A DNA stretch of 64,000 nucleotides from Vitrella brassicaformis CCMP3155 (GCA_001179505.1 CDMY01000340.1:1-64000); one strand, 5' to 3'; shown: positions 42,144 to 56,900, numbered from the stretch's first letter. Made by a program: numbers and translations. The notes: generated by a model not told the origin, from the letters alone.

Positions 42144-43655
42144 ATGACAGGGCCGCTTGCGCCAGCTTGGGCGCTTGCTGTGGCTGCGGTGAGCACCCTC
42201 TGTTTGTTTGTTTGGCGTTTGCTGTGGCGGTGGAACAGACGAGCAAGCCGGGCGGCGAGTGAGAGATTCGACGTGCATGGCTACGAAGGCACCACGCTGC
42301 ACTACAGGATGCCGCGAGGAGACAAACCCGCCAACAGATTCAGGTAGGGAGATTTGAGAAAGATCCATCACACAGATCTGCCTCTGCCATTGGACGCATC
42401 TGTGTGTGTGTGTGTTTGCTACTAGCTACTTCATTCGGATGGACCTGATGAATCTGAGCACACCCGTGGACACTTGGCTGGTGCGCTTCAACCGCAGTCG
42501 GCACCTCAAGCATCGCGAGGGCCGGCCGCTGAATGAGGAGGTGCTGCGCCTGTGCCAAGAACAAGCAGCCAATAGTACTGCAGAGGGCGCCGCTGTGCTG
42601 GACGGCCGGAGGCTGCGCATGTACGTTTTGACTGGTGCGGACTACCTGGGCTACTCATTTAACCCCATCAGCATCGTCTTCGTTTGTGATGACGACACCG
42701 GTAGGTATGGTATGTCCCAGCCCAACCAACCACCGTGTCTGTCGCCCGCTCTCAGTTTGTTTGTGCGCTCTCTCGCCTCGCACACAACACAGGTGACTTG
42801 TTGTATTTGGTGCACGAGGTGCACAACATCCCGTGGCTGGAGCGGACTGCCTACGTGACGCCCGTCAGGCCCACTGCCCGGCCTCCCACCCCGCCCACTC
42901 CATCGAGTGTGGCGTCCGACGGGAGTGAGATCGATGCCAATGGCGACGAGAGCGACGACTGGTGTGAGGTGGAGCTGTCGCACTCACTCCAGGACAAGAA
43001 GATGCACGTGTAATGCTTGAAACAGACGCGCACGTGTCGGGCAGGGCAGGCAACACAGGTCGATATGATGTCCCTCCCTGATGTGTTTATGTGGTCTGTG
43101 CTGTGCTGGGCGTATGGATGGCCACAGGTCGCCGTTCAACCCCCATTCGGGTCTGGTGTACCGCTTCACCTACCCACACCTCGACAGACTCCACCTAAGG
43201 AGAAGACCAGTGCAGACGAGTGACGGGCCGACATCCACATCCACACCAAGACCCGCATCCCTTGGGTGGCATCTGCCTGACCGAATCGAGATGAAGGTGT
43301 CGGTCATGGACAAGCAGACCCACCAGTCCATCATGTTCGCCGCCATCGACCTCAGGTCAGCTAGATGTCATGTGACCAATGAATGACTGGCAGCCAAGCC
43401 GCCGGGATCTGCTGCATTGACTGCATTGGTCTGTCTGTCTGTTGCAGGCGGGGCGAGTTCTCTTTATTGCGTTGGCCCCGTTCTCTGCTGACGGTGTTTC
43501 GCATCCACCTGGAGGCCTTCCTGCTGTATGTGCGGGGGTTCGTCATCTGCGACCACCCCAAGTGGGACGTTAGGGGCTATGTCTTCCAAGACCCAGAGAG
43601 GCACAACATGCACCACACACTCCCGCCAGACAGCCACTTCAACAAAAGAGATTGA
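42144..43655 (+). CDS. DUF1365 family protein
   Basis: [36 protein letters not shown]|SPF and [11 protein letters not shown]...DHP follow the DUF1365 motif order. Hydrophobic N-terminus. Confidence 0.85.
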
Positions 43656-44942
43656 TTAGTAGGGAGGGGCGTTTGTTGGTTAGCGGGTGGATTGATTTGT
43701 GTCTGGTCGTGTGAGGTGAGGGACTCGAAAATTCCTTTATCAAGAGTACGTGTTGAGTCCTCGCATCCACACAGGCAGACACACCCAGGGGCCACCAACA
43801 AACACACATAGCGGATGACCGACACTCACCCTCGTGGCCTTCTCGTAGACCTGGTCCAGTGGCGCCAGGGGATCGAGGACATACAGAACACCACATCGTG
43901 GGAGGGTCCACTCTCACCAGTGGCGTTCTGCGTGTGCCCGACACCGAGGTCACCATGAAGACTCATAAGAACGGCATCACAAGAGGAGCAGCCGACCGGC
44001 AAACCGTTCTCACCACACATGACGCCACATCATACAACCAGATTCTCTCCATCCATCCATCTATCCATCGTCATCTTGCTTGTTGTATCCATCTGTCTGT
44101 CTGTCTCTCGTGTCGCTAGCTAGTCGGAGCCGAACCAACGGCTCGATCGTCGGATGGTCTGTCAGTCAGTCGCTCACACTCCCTTGCGTACACACAACAC
44201 TTACATAAACGGGACCTTTCGATGCCACACAAAGGTCGGCCGTACACGACCACACTCACATTGCAATCCAGCCAGGCACCCAAGCAGCCAGGCATCACAC
44301 AAGCAGACAGACAGACAGGCAGACAGACAGCCGGGCACCTTAATTGACCTACGGACGGAAGTTGCAGAGTCCCTCCTCCTTAGGCACGCCACACACACTC
44401 GCACGCACCCACACACAGGTAGGCAGACAGATGGAAGAAAGATGCAAAATAGACCAACAAACAACGTTTAGATAAAGCATGGATGGACCAATCGATGGAT
44501 GCAGCCATGAAGGCAGGCAGGCAGGCGGGCAGGCGGGCAGGTAGTAGTAGCCCGTACGCAGCGTCTGTCCGTCTCAGGTGGTACTCGTACGTGCAGTGCA
44601 AGACAGCCAGTAGTCAGGGGGAGGGAGATGAGTCGTCAAGAGATGGGATGGATCCCTGTGTGCTGCACAAACAACGCAGGCAGGCAGGCAGGCAGAGGAG
44701 GCAAGTAGACGGCGCAAAAAGTTGAAGGCACGACACCGACCGAGGTTGCAGGGAAGGAAACAAGGTAGGTAGGCAGGTGGGTGTACGTGGTGGGTGAATG
44801 ATGGATGGCAAAATGACGGACGGACCGAGGCGAAGGAGACCGACGCCCGTCTATCTAACTCATGCAAAAAGTGGCCGGCCGGCCGGCCGGCACGACGACA
44901 ATCCCGGCCTGCCTACCTGCCTGCCTGCCTGCCCCCCCCCCC

Positions 44943-45242
44943 NNNNNNNNNNNNNNNNNNNNNNNNNNNNNNNNNNNNNNNNNNNNNNNNNNNNNNNNNN
45001 NNNNNNNNNNNNNNNNNNNNNNNNNNNNNNNNNNNNNNNNNNNNNNNNNNNNNNNNNNNNNNNNNNNNNNNNNNNNNNNNNNNNNNNNNNNNNNNNNNNN
45101 NNNNNNNNNNNNNNNNNNNNNNNNNNNNNNNNNNNNNNNNNNNNNNNNNNNNNNNNNNNNNNNNNNNNNNNNNNNNNNNNNNNNNNNNNNNNNNNNNNNN
45201 NNNNNNNNNNNNNNNNNNNNNNNNNNNNNNNNNNNNNNNNNN
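44943..45242. other. Assembly gap (300 N) flanked by poly-C
   Basis: Run of N with C homopolymers on both sides. Confidence 1.
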
Positions 45243-45707
45243 CCCCCCCCCCCCCCCCGTCAATCAGATCTCCCTGTCAATCAGAATCTGCTCTGCCTGC
45301 CTCTGTGCTGGGGGTCGGTTGATTGACAGGTTTGAGCGAAGAAAAAGGCAACGAAATAAAGCAACCACGGAAGAAGAACACACAGAGGGTTGGTTGGTGT
45401 GTCCACACACCACACGCACTCGTGGATGCATGTCATGCCATGCTGCCTAAATAGAAATATATTGATAAAGAACCACACACACACACCCTCACCCGCTCTG
45501 CCTGTCACGTCACATACATACACACAGACACAACACAGCGGGCGGAGGCCGCATCGGTGACCACAAGGCAGCGTAGCGTCTACAGGCCTTGAAAAAAAGA
45601 CAGACTTCTCCCTTTCAGCCCCGTGACGACACACACTGCCCCGCGCCCACACCACCCAGGCCAGCCCCCCACTGCACCAGTCAGTCAACCAGAAACCGCC
45701 AGTTGCT

Positions 45708-47171
45708 TTACAAGACAAAGATCTGCATGAGCCCAGCCGCCGCGAGAGTGGCGAGGGACACGGCGACTGCCCATGCGTTGGATGCGGTACCCTCTTCGTC
45801 GGCCTCAGTGGGGGCCTCCCTGGGAGTTGCAGCAGGCTCAGTCACATTGGCGTCCTCCGAAGGTGCGGGTGTGACCTCGGCCTGCTCCGCGACGGAGGGC
45901 GGCACCAGCACACCCTGCAGCAGATGCACATAGCCATCCGTGCCCTGCTGCTCAGAGTCCAGCACCAGAGGGAAGCCGCCTGCAAACACCACACCCCAAC
46001 AACACAGACAGACGCATTTGAGGCGGCGCTTCTTGACAAGTGCATCCTCGGTCTTGTAAGCATATATCTCAACGTACCAACAGTGAGGTTATCCCCGTCG
46101 ACGACGATGGGAAGCATGGACCCCTCGAGTGTCTCGAGTTCGCCGCCGTCCTGTGCGGCCAGCTCCTGCGTGCCGAGTGCGCCCCTCACGACATGGTACT
46201 GCAGCACTGCGGTGGCGAGTGCGTCGTCAGTGGCGATCCTCTCGAAGGTGGCGGGGTCGACCTGTGTGATGGCCTCGTCGGTCGGCGCGAACACCGTGTA
46301 GACCTCACCGGGCTCCAGGTAATCCGCAATCTCGTAGGTCTCCAGGAGGGCCTTGAGCTGCGTCGTTTGCTCCCCGTTCTCGATGATCGACAGAACGGTC
46401 TGCTGCATCGGCGTGTCGCCGCCAGGAGCCTTGGCGTCCTTGGGCGACTCCTTGGGGGCGGCGGCGGCCTCCTCGTCGCCGGCCTCGAGAGCGGGAGCAG
46501 TGGTCGGGCCCTCACCCAGCGTGATGCCGGGGGGCACCAGCACCGCATCAATCACGTGCACAACACCGTTCGACGCGGCAACGTCAGCCTGACGACACAA
46601 CACAGAAACGTATGCATCTCGAGGGCTCTCTTTCGCTTGCTGTTGCACTGCACCCCACCCCTTCCCACCTGGACGACGGTAGCGGCCTCCTCTCCGTTGA
46701 CTGTGACGACGTCGCCCTCCTTCCTGATGACCAGTGAGTCGCCCTGCAGGCTCTCGACGGTCGTCTCGCCCTCGGGCAGGTCGGTTGCAAGGGCCACCGA
46801 CTGCACTACGTGGTAGAGCAGCACCTCGCGCAGCAGCGTGTTGTTGCTCACGATGCTGTCCAGCACAGCCTCGGGCAGCGCGCTGAAGGCCTCATCTGTC
46901 GGCGCGAAAAGCGTCAGCTCCGACTCGGTGTCGTTGAGGGACGACAGCAGGTCCGCACGCACCAACAGCGACTTAAGCAGACCGGCAACCTGTGGACACA
47001 CAGACACGCAGCAAGCCGCAGAGTCACCAAGATATGCCCAGCACGTCAGATCTGCAGCACAGGCCATCCCCCCACCGCAGAAGAGTCGACAATCTCCGCT
47101 ATCGTCTGTGTCTGCGCGAAGGCGCCAGCGGCGAGAAGAGCCACGGCAAGCAGAGAAGCGACAACCCTCAT
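45708..47171 (-). CDS. Secreted, probably GPI-anchored protein with two fasciclin (FAS1) domains
   Basis: Signal peptide MRVVASLLAVALLAAGAFAQ. FAS1 motifs TLFAPTDEAF/YHVV/NGVVHVIDAVL and TVFAPTDEA/YHVV/GYVHLLQGVL. Hydrophobic C-terminal tail after small residues (ASNAWAVAVSLATLAAAGLMQIFVL*). Confidence 0.9.
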
Positions 47172-47474
47172 TGTGGACGGGGGACTGCAGCCTTGAGACA
47201 GTTGCAGTCGGAGAGGTTGATGCTAACGGTCAGCGGAGGATCTGGTCAGGTACGTCTGCAGGGCGGGAGCCTGTGCTGCTGCTCGTCGTCTGCGATGTAC
47301 GGGGGCTGTCGGGAACGCAACAGCGCGTTTTTCTGAAACGGGCTCGTCTCCCGGGTGCGAGCTTCCGAGAAAGGAGCAGCGGTTTCAGGGAGCCCTAGGC
47401 CGCTTTGAGCGCGCAAGCTGCTTGGGCAAGCGGGTCTTGCTGAGGATGTGCTGTAGATTTCCAGCGTTACCAAG

Positions 47475-50400
47475 ATGGATCTGAACCAGATGACCGGCGG
47501 GACGTCATCGACTTCCCCACAGGCGTGGGGTCAGCCGTCCGGCTTCTTAACTCAGCAAACGGCCTCCTACACTCCACCCTCGAGCGCCCAGCTTCCGCCT
47601 CTCGAGCCACACCTGTCCTCCCTCGTTGATTCTCTGGTCGACACGCCAACGAATACACAGCAACCCCAGCGTCGTGAGACACCACCCAACACGAACACCG
47701 AGATCTCACAGCCGACCATGGCGGCCGCACTCGGCGCTGACTTCGATGTGAGGAACGCCGCTTCGCTGCTGAGGCTGCGGGAGATCCTCAAGTCCGACGA
47801 CAACGTCGAGGCGCTCAGCGGCCTGCTCAGGAGCCTGCGGCGAGATACGGGAGGCGCCGACCGACAAGACGCACCACCCGGCTTCTCGCCCCACTCCCAA
47901 CAGACCTACTCGCCAGCCTCGCAGGCCACCCAGCCCCCTCCACCCCCTCCCCCCGGCAGCAACCACCACATGACCACCACCAGCCGCCAGATGACCATGA
48001 ACCCCGCCGCCCAGGCTGTCGCTGGGTACGGGCGGGCGATGACCGCCGGTCTGGAGGGCCTGCATGAGAGGGAGGTGTCGGTGATCGACTACACGGGTGG
48101 GCAGACGATGCTTCTGTCGCGTCAGCAGACGCAGCCGACATACCACCGCCCGCAGCAGCAGCAGCACCCCCCGATGCAGATGCCGATGCAGCACATGGCC
48201 CACCAGCAGCAGATGATGGAGGAGAAAAAGGGCGAGAAGGAGGGGGTCGCACGCGAAGTGCGCAGGATGATATGCTACAAAACCAAAATGTACGTCCCGA
48301 CACGGGCCACAGGAAAAACCACTGCCAAGGCCAGAAAGCGGTGGGTTCTGCATCGGTCTTTCCATCTATCTGTGTGTCGTGTTGTTGTGTGGGCCGTGCG
48401 TCTGTCTGTCTGTGCACGGACGGGATGTGTCATGCCTGCAGGTGTCCGTGGTATCCACTGGGCAAGTGCTGGCGAGGCGACCAATGCAACTTCGCACATG
48501 TACACGAAGGTGTGTACGCAGCAATCGATCCACGAACGAACAAGCTGACTCCCCTCCCTCCCTACGTGGCGTCTGTTTCTACCTGCAGAGTTGCGTCCTG
48601 GTCTGGCTGATGCTAAGGAGGAGGTGCGCACCCGCAACCCGACGACGAGCATGCAGCCGCCTCCACCGCCGCCCGGCTACCAGAACGCCGCACAGCTACA
48701 GAAACTCGCACGCGCATCCACCACTACATTCAAGGAAACGGTACGGAGGGTGACAATCAAAGTGACACACGTACGGACGCCCGTCATAGACATCTAATCT
48801 ACATGTGTGTCGTTCGTGCGTGTGTATACGTCAGCGCCCCGACGGCATGTCTGAGGAGATAAGTTTGATCCGCACACGTGACCCCTACACCCCGGCTGAT
48901 GTTGTGCCAGGGTAAGTCAACACACCGCAAGAGCAGCACACCAAAGGGGAGGGGTGCACATTCTCAATCTGCTGGGTCCTCCTCCCTCCCTTGCTCAGAG
49001 CATTCCTGCACAAGGTCGGCCAGCAGCAGCAACAGAAGCGCCCCACCACCCCCGCCCCTCCCCCCGGCTTCGCCACGCCCACACCAGCGGCCAACAGCGG
49101 CGGTCTGCCGCCTCTTCTCGGGCCCGAGCCCGACAGAAGCGCCAAGACCATGCAGGAGTACACGCGTGCAGCCTACAGCCGCATGCAGAACCAGCCCAAC
49201 ATCCGATCGCCCACCTCGGGGCCCGAGGGGGAGGATGCCTTGTCACTGCGACGTGGCGGTGGCGGTCAGACGGTGGTGTGGGGCATGGGCAAGGACGAGG
49301 TGCTCGTGCAGCGACCACCTGGCCTGGTCGCCACATCCCCTCCACCCCTCCACTCGCCACAGAACGTCCTCTCTCTCGAGTCACTGCTGGCGGGGCGGTC
49401 GATGGCCGGGACTGAGCAGGCGGCAGAGGAGTACCAGCGTCGGATGAAGGGACCCACATCGGCCGAGACCCTCCCAGTCGCATCGCACGTGTCATCTCCC
49501 CCTCTGGGCGACATCGACGTCATGAGCCCCCAGTCGCTGCCCGGCGAGCAGGCAAGCGGCGGCGCGGAGGGGCCGCCCCCCTACTCGCCCCCCCTGGCTG
49601 ATGCCAATCCCATCGAGGTGGTGTCCTTGCCGCTGTTGCACGACCTGCTGGCACAGGAGGGCAAGAAGAACGAGGCGGCCGTCACCAGCGGCGTCAGCCC
49701 ATCGGTGGCCGAGCAATCGGTCAGCCGCAGCGCAAGCCACACGTCCGCCACGCGGGACAGCTCTCGTCGCGGGCTGTCGGAGACGTCCCTTCCTGCCGTG
49801 CCCGAGGGCGAGCTCGAGAAGCAGATGATGCAGAAGCAGCTCAGCAAGAAGGAACATGCCGCCGCCAAGAGCCGATCGCTCGACACGCTGGAGCTCGCCG
49901 AGAAGGCCGACATCGAGGCACTCAACCGTGTGGTCATCGAGAAGCTCAGCGGCGGCCTGCAGGTTGGGACGGAGGGGCCAGTGGACATCTACGCGTCGTT
50001 GGCGAGTGTGCTGAGCCGCATCAAGCGGGCTAAACGCCACGAATTTTTGAAGCGAAGAATGATGCGCTTCCTGGCTGCTGGGTCTTCGGAGGGCATCATC
50101 AACCACACCGTCCACATCGACGACATGCCGCTCTTCGTCACCGGTGACGCCGTCGCGTGGCCCATCACACGCCTCCTCAAGTCGGCGGCCAAGGCCGAGG
50201 GCATGCCGGCATTCGATGCGCCATCGCTCGCCCAGTACCGCTTCGCCGACCACGAGCTCGAGGACCGGCTGTCCCCTTCTCTGGCTCTGGTTCCCGACAG
50301 CAGCGTGAGCGTCAAGTCAGTCAGCGAGCTGTTCCGCGGTGTGCTGGTGTGGACGAGTGCCATGGCCATCGTTGGCCGCATCGAATGGCACGAGGCGCAC

Positions 50401-50931
50401 CAGTACATGCAGCAGCTGACCGACATCCTCCTCAAGAGCCCGCCGTCGCCTGACCCCACCGTGGTGTGCCTGTACTACGACCAGTTCTTCAGGTCGCAGG
50501 CCGGCCTCGCCGCGCCGCTCGACCCGGAGACCGACTTCCACTCCACACCCATGCCAACGCAGACGTGGACAACGGTGTCGCAGGAGCTGCTCAGACACGC
50601 ACACAAGAAGGCGGCGGCCGTGGCGGCAGACAGCGAGAGGGCGGCAGCACCAGCAGCAGCGGCAGCGGCTCCCTCCATCTCGTCCGGCGACAACCGCTCG
50701 TCCACGCAGACGTCTCCCGTAGCGTCCCTATCAGCCGGCCGGGATGCCCTGGCACTGGCAACGGAAGTGGCGACAGAGATAGCAGCCGAGTCAGCAGCAG
50801 CGGCGGCGGAGGAGCCGACCAAGGCCGACCCGTCGCCGACTGAGGCTGAGGAGGCCATCGAGGCAGCGAGAGGTGACGAGGCGGGCGAGGTGGAGGGCGA
50901 CAGCGTTGTCGAGGACGACGACGACATGTAG
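47475..50931 (+). CDS. CCCH zinc-finger protein (TTP/ZFP36-type finger) with long low-complexity regions and an unassigned C-terminal folded domain
   Basis: Spliced YKTKM|CPWYPLGKCWRGDQCNFAH...ELR (C-x7-C-x5-C-x3-H). Gln/Pro-rich N-terminus and a 1.9-kb final exon ending at 50931. Confidence 0.8.
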
Positions 50932-50999
50932 ACTGACACACAACCAAGGGAGGGCGGGAGGAAGGGATGGGTGGGTGGGTAGGTTGGTAGGTGGTAGGC

Positions 51000-53900
51000 T
51001 GTACCTTAGTGGTGTTGAGGTTTGTAGCCGGCTTTGGTCTGAGGTGTAATTGAGCCAGTCACTCGATCAGAGCGGACGGGGCGGGGGGGAAAGGGGCGGC
51101 TGTTGGCACATATCCAGGTTGTGTCGTGTGGTGTGTGTAGCCGGGCCGGTCGTGGAGAGTGATGATTGACTGTTTGCTCGTGTGCTGTCAGTCAGTCATC
51201 TGTCTGTTGCTTCATTGCCTGTGTTTGCTGCTTGTGTCTCGGTCGAGCCAGCGGTCGGTTGTTGACTCACTCATTCATCCATCCATCCATCGCTCGATCG
51301 ATCGATCGATCGCTTGGCTAGACGAGACGAGCGAGGGGTGCGTTAAGGGCCACGATCGACGTACGTATACACACCCACAGATACACGTACAGCCAGGATT
51401 GTCTCGTCTTGTTGTGTCGAACAGCCATGGTGTGATTTCTGATGTATCGTGTGGCGTGGCAGGCCGGTGGGGTCCGTCCGTCATCCGTCCGTCCGTCCGT
51501 ACTCGTTGCCTTTTTCTCTTATTTCTCTTGGTCCGTCAAGCTAGCCAGCCAGGTAGGTGTACATACGTATGTCATATCGGTAGTGCCTGCCTGCCTCCCT
51601 GCCTGCAGTGTGCCTGCCTGCTGCCGTGTTGTTTGCCCGCCCGCCAGCTGGTGTTTGTGTGTGTCTTGTGCCTGTCTGTCTGTATATCGCTGCGGTCGTC
51701 GTTTGTTTGGCTGCCCGACCAGCCAGCACACTGCACGCCTGCACACATACGTACGGTACGTGAACACATACAAACATACATCGTGGGTGACTGACTTGCG
51801 TGGGTACCATGGATGGGATGGCACACTCATACCATGCCTCGCTTGTTTGGCCTTTGTATGCATGCACCGCACCCTGTGCGCATGGTGCTGCTGGCTTGGT
51901 CGTTGTTGGTCAGTTGGTTTGTTGTCTTGTCAGTTCGTCCGTCCGTCTGTCTGTCCGTCTATGAGAGCGTCTGTCTGTCCGTCCGTGTCTATCTATCTTT
52001 CGTCACATCGTGGAACCCAACACGTTCACATCCATACATCCATCCAAGATACATGCGGTTGTCCGTTTGTTGCCACTAACTGCTTGCTGTATATTTTCTT
52101 GCTGCTTATTAAGTGACTGAGTGACTGAAGTGAGTGAAGTGAGTGTCTGCATGCATGCGTGCTTGCGTGCATAGGTTTGTACCTATCTATCCATTCAGTC
52201 CGTCAGTCAGTCAGTCGACCCATTTCTTCATTGGTTGGTTTGTCGTCTCCGTGTCCGTGCAGTGCACCCGCCTCATTCACTCGCCAGATTGAATGACGCT
52301 GGCATGCCTGCGCGGTAGAACACCCCCCGCCCACCACGACGGCCGCACCGCACCGCACCGCACCCGTGGCAAGCACAGCCCTTCCTCAGTTGTGTCTTGT
52401 CATTCATGCGATGCCGTGCTGTGTTGCCCGAGTGGCGTGGCGGGCGTGCAGTGTTCTTACATACATACCGACTGGCGGGCGGGGTTTGCGGTGCCGCCGC
52501 GTCCCCCTGCCGTCGCCGCCCACGGTTTTGCTCACTCTTCTGTCTGTCGGGACTGTTCTTCGGTCATGGTGAGTGACGTGCTCTGAAATGCTATGCATAG
52601 CTATGATATCTCATGCAGACGTACATGATGATGCATGGAATTTGTTGGCGGATGATGGGTTTGTGAGGAGGGAGGGGAGGGGAGGGGATGGACTGACTGA
52701 CTCGTTCATGGGTCCATACATACATACACGCATTACCCATTCAATCAGCAGTTGTTTGCTCGAGAGGAGTCTGAACATCGGCTGGCTGGTTTGGCTGCCA
52801 GGCGGCAGGGGAGGGGGGGCGGGGCGAGGGTGTGGCATTTCATTTCTTTGCAGAGGCTGAGTACTACTGGCTGGCTGGCTTGCTGACCAACTACCTAAGC
52901 AGTGCTCTGCACCTGCCCTTTCAATTGCAGGCAGACCCACCACCCCCATACACACACACACACTCACACACACACGAGAATGGTGCAAATGGCGCTCCAC
53001 GTCTACGTCTTGCGTGCCACACTCACTGGCCTGCATACGCCTGTGCACAGGTAGGTACACACCCACTGTTTATACCACAGGTGCACCCACTTCTGCCTCC
53101 CACTGACTCATTGTAACTCACGGCGTTTTGTGCCGATGATCGGTGCCGACCAGACCACCAACAAGCAGGCAGGCAGGCTGGGCTGGGCTGGGCGATATCA
53201 CATCCGATTCATACGCACACTGTGGGTGCTCACATACATGGCCTGTCTGGCCACCATGGATGAGCCGCCTGTCAGTCAGACGTCTGAGTGAGAAGCCACC
53301 CCATCCAATCCACGCCACACACGCACACGTGCACGAGAATTAAAGCCACGCTGCTGCGTCAGGTCAAGCAGGTGGGAATTTGATGACACACAGAGACAGA
53401 GACATGGACAGAGAGGTGTGAGCGAGACTATCCTACTCTCCTTGTGTGGAGTGTTGTGTTGTGTTATGGCGGTGTCACTACTTGCTGCTTTGCTATTCCA
53501 TTTTCCATCAACCGCGTCTTCACTGCAGAGCCTTCTCCCGCAGAAGGTCAGCGAAGCGCGGCGCCTGCGTGCGTACCGAAAAGCCGTCTGACCTCTTTGT
53601 TGCTGCTGCGTGTGCTGCCTGGGTTGTGTTGGGTCGTGGGGTGGTGTGGTGTGGTGTGCGCGCGGTGCGGTGCAGTGACATGACGTGATCTCTTTCGGTG
53701 AGTACCCAGCTGCGTGTGCACATAACGGCAGGCAGGCAGGCAAGAGAGAGAGAGAGAGGTCGGCAGGCAGACAGACAGACAACCATGTCAGTCAGTCGGA
53801 TTTAAGGCATACACCACTCACTGACTCGCCAATCATTACACTCACTACTACCTCCTACCCTACTGGCTGGTCCTACTACTACTGCTATGCTATCGTGCAG

Positions 53901-56900
53901 GCACTCTCTCCCTGTCTGTCTGTCTGTGTCAGTCATGTGTTTACCCGGCTGTGTGCACGTCACGCCCACGAATCAAATCAATCAATCACGTGAGTCCATA
54001 TGGTCAGGGGGAGGGTGGGTGAGGGGTGGGCATGCACACATACCGACTACTCTACTCTCGATGGCAGGCACTTTTCCCCTAAACACTTGCTGCGAGCGTG
54101 CTTCGTCTTTTTCGATAGAAGTGCTTCACTCCTACATACATACATACCCGTTGCTAACGTGACGTGCGTGCGTGGGACACACACGACAGCATCTGTCATT
54201 CGGCGGCCGTATGGGCATTTCAAAAGTCAGTCAAGTGTTCTTGCCTGTTATCGTGGTGTCCTGTTGTGTTGTGTTAATTTCCTCCAGCGAACCAGTCAGT
54301 GTGTGTGCGTTGCGTAGCTAGCTAGGTCCCTTTCGCTCCTTGTTTGTTTTGCCCACCTGCTGTGTTTGCTGTGTGAGGGGGCTCAGTGAGCGGCCAAAGG
54401 GCATTATTCTGTGCGTCTGTCTGTCTGTCCGTGTGTCTGTCTGTGCGCCTGTCCACCTCTTTGTGTGTGGAGTCAACTAACTGCGTGAGAGGAAGTCGAT
54501 CGAGCGTTTCTTTCTTCTTTGTCTCTGTGTTGTTGTTGTTGTTGTTGGTATGTTTGTCCGTGTGGCCGTCTGTCTGCCTGTCTGTCTGCCTGTCTGTGTG
54601 CGTGTGTATCGTGTGTGCGTGCGCAGTGGTGTGCTGCAAGTTTTTAGTCCACAGTCAGTCAGCTGGCTCTCGGCCGCCAGACAGCTGGTGAGTGCGTTGT
54701 GTTGTTTGATTTTCTGTTGCTGTCAGTGCACTGCCTTGTGTTGTGTTGTGTGTGGTCCGTATGCTCTCCCTCTCCCTTTCCATGCCATGCAAGCCAGCTC
54801 AGCTCGCTTAACAAGTGTCTTCTGTCTAGGTGAGTGTGTGTGTGTGTGTGCGAGAGGTAACACCTCCCGAGCCACGCATCCCTCCCTCTCCCTCGTGCTT
54901 GCACTGGGCTCACTCCGTGGACGTGACGGGCCGTGTCTTTGCATGTTATCTTATGCTATGTACGTGTGTCGAGTCGGCTCACTCACTCCTTCACTTACTC
55001 ATCGCCAGCCAGCGCCTTTGTTCGTTCGGCTGAATGAGGTGGTGCGGGTGGGTGGGTGGTGTACGTGCGCATGTAGGTAGGTAGGTAGATTGCATCCTCC
55101 TTTCGTCCCTCTGTGGCTCTCCTCTCTCCTCTTGTCGCTCGCTTTGTGGTATTTTTGCAATCAACAGAATGGAAGGATCGATGGACCATCGATCCATCGA
55201 TGGATCGGTCGATGGTCCGTCGACAACCCCAACACGCAGGGCGTGCAGTTGCAGTGCGGTGCACACAGACAGACGTCTGGGCAAGCAGGCTGGCCGTTCT
55301 ATGTGGTGCTGTGCTGCTGCTGTCCGTCTGCGTGTCTCTATGTCGTCTGGACAAGACAAGACATATTAAACCAACGTACGTACACCTGTCTGATGGATGC
55401 ATGTGGCTCATGCAGCGTGTTGGTGAATTAAGTGGTCTGATGTGGTGGTGTGGTGTGGTGTGGTGTGATGGGTGTCTGATGGCATGTCTATATGGCATGT
55501 GGTGCCTCCCTCGTCTTCTCGTGCACGAACCACACACGCCCGTGGTGGGTGGGTGGACGTCTGTGTTGTACGTGTTCCCCATTCATTGTGTGACGGTGTT
55601 GTGTATGTGCCGCGCCATTTTCGAAAAGAATTACCGAATTGTATGTGTCTGTCTGTCCGCCCCCGTGCGGTCTGAGTACTTTTGCAGATTGATTAACGTA
55701 CGTATTCGCCACACACACGGATTCAGTCAGCTGCGCATGCTTGCAATGCACGCCACGAATTGAGTGACTTACTGGTGGGAGTCTGTCTCGTTTTGGCTGC
55801 CTCACTCAGCACACAGTAAGTAACAGCACACACACACACAGCGGATTCATATGTATGCAGAGCTAGCGAGGGGGGGATATCGACGTGACCGACAGACTTA
55901 CTGACACCACACGGCACGGCATGGCATGGCATGGACGCATACAGACGAGACGAAGGAGGTAGGTAGTTTCCTCATTCTGGTTCCTTCCTAAATCCCGTTT
56001 CTGTCATTTGAGGGGCAAAGGGGCCCGGCCGTGGGTCGCAGTGCAGTGCAGCCACGGCCAGCCAGGCAGTCAAGTCAGTCAGTCGAGTGCCCTCTGCTTG
56101 CCGGCATGCATAACTGTCCACATGTGGGCACGTCATGCGAGTTTGTGAGCCGCCTGGGGTGGTGGTGGGGTGACTGGGCGTCTTCTGTACGGCTCCGTGC
56201 AGTTCAGCCAGCAGTGTGCGTGTGCACTCACCTTGGTGGTCCTGTCTGTGATGGCATGCATGATGGATGGATGCTCGACAGACAGTCAGTGTGACACTCA
56301 ACTAACCACTCATTGGAATGCACACATACGTACGTACGTGTATCCAACTCAGCAACTCCATCTCTTCTTTCTTGTCGTACCAAATTGAACAAGGGGTGGC
56401 AGACAGGGACTGACGTCAGACACTGGACTGTGGGGTTCTCACGAGTGAGTGCGATTCCATCCATCGGTGCAGTCAGTGTCATCATCATGCAATGGACAGC
56501 GCCTGCCCACGGCCCAGTCGGTCCAGGACCATACCATTTGATCTCAGGATTTTCACTCCACTGACTGTCAGGTAGGTCACGTCACCCGTCCGAACGTCGA
56601 TGTCTCCTCCCAACATGTCTCCTCCCAACATGCACACCCATCTATCTCATCCACCCGCTGCCCCCGTCGGTCTGTCTGCATCGATCGCATAGACAGATGG
56701 ATGTGGCATGCACATGTCGAAAGAGAATTCCCACAACCGACGACAAACTTAGTCAGGTCGATAAAACCTCACACACTCACCTTGTAGCACAGGCACACAC
56801 CTAGCACAACTCAACTACTCATCCATTCACTCCTTCCGCCCCCCCGTCACCAGCCTGTCCGTGCGTCTGCGTGACACGCGCACACCTCACGTCAAAGCCG

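Noticed and set aside
43700-44060. Possible small minus-strand gene (VLYVLDPLAPLDQVYEKATR followed by a GTGAG donor)
   Set aside because: There is one plausible exon only, with no consistent start, further exons or family match.
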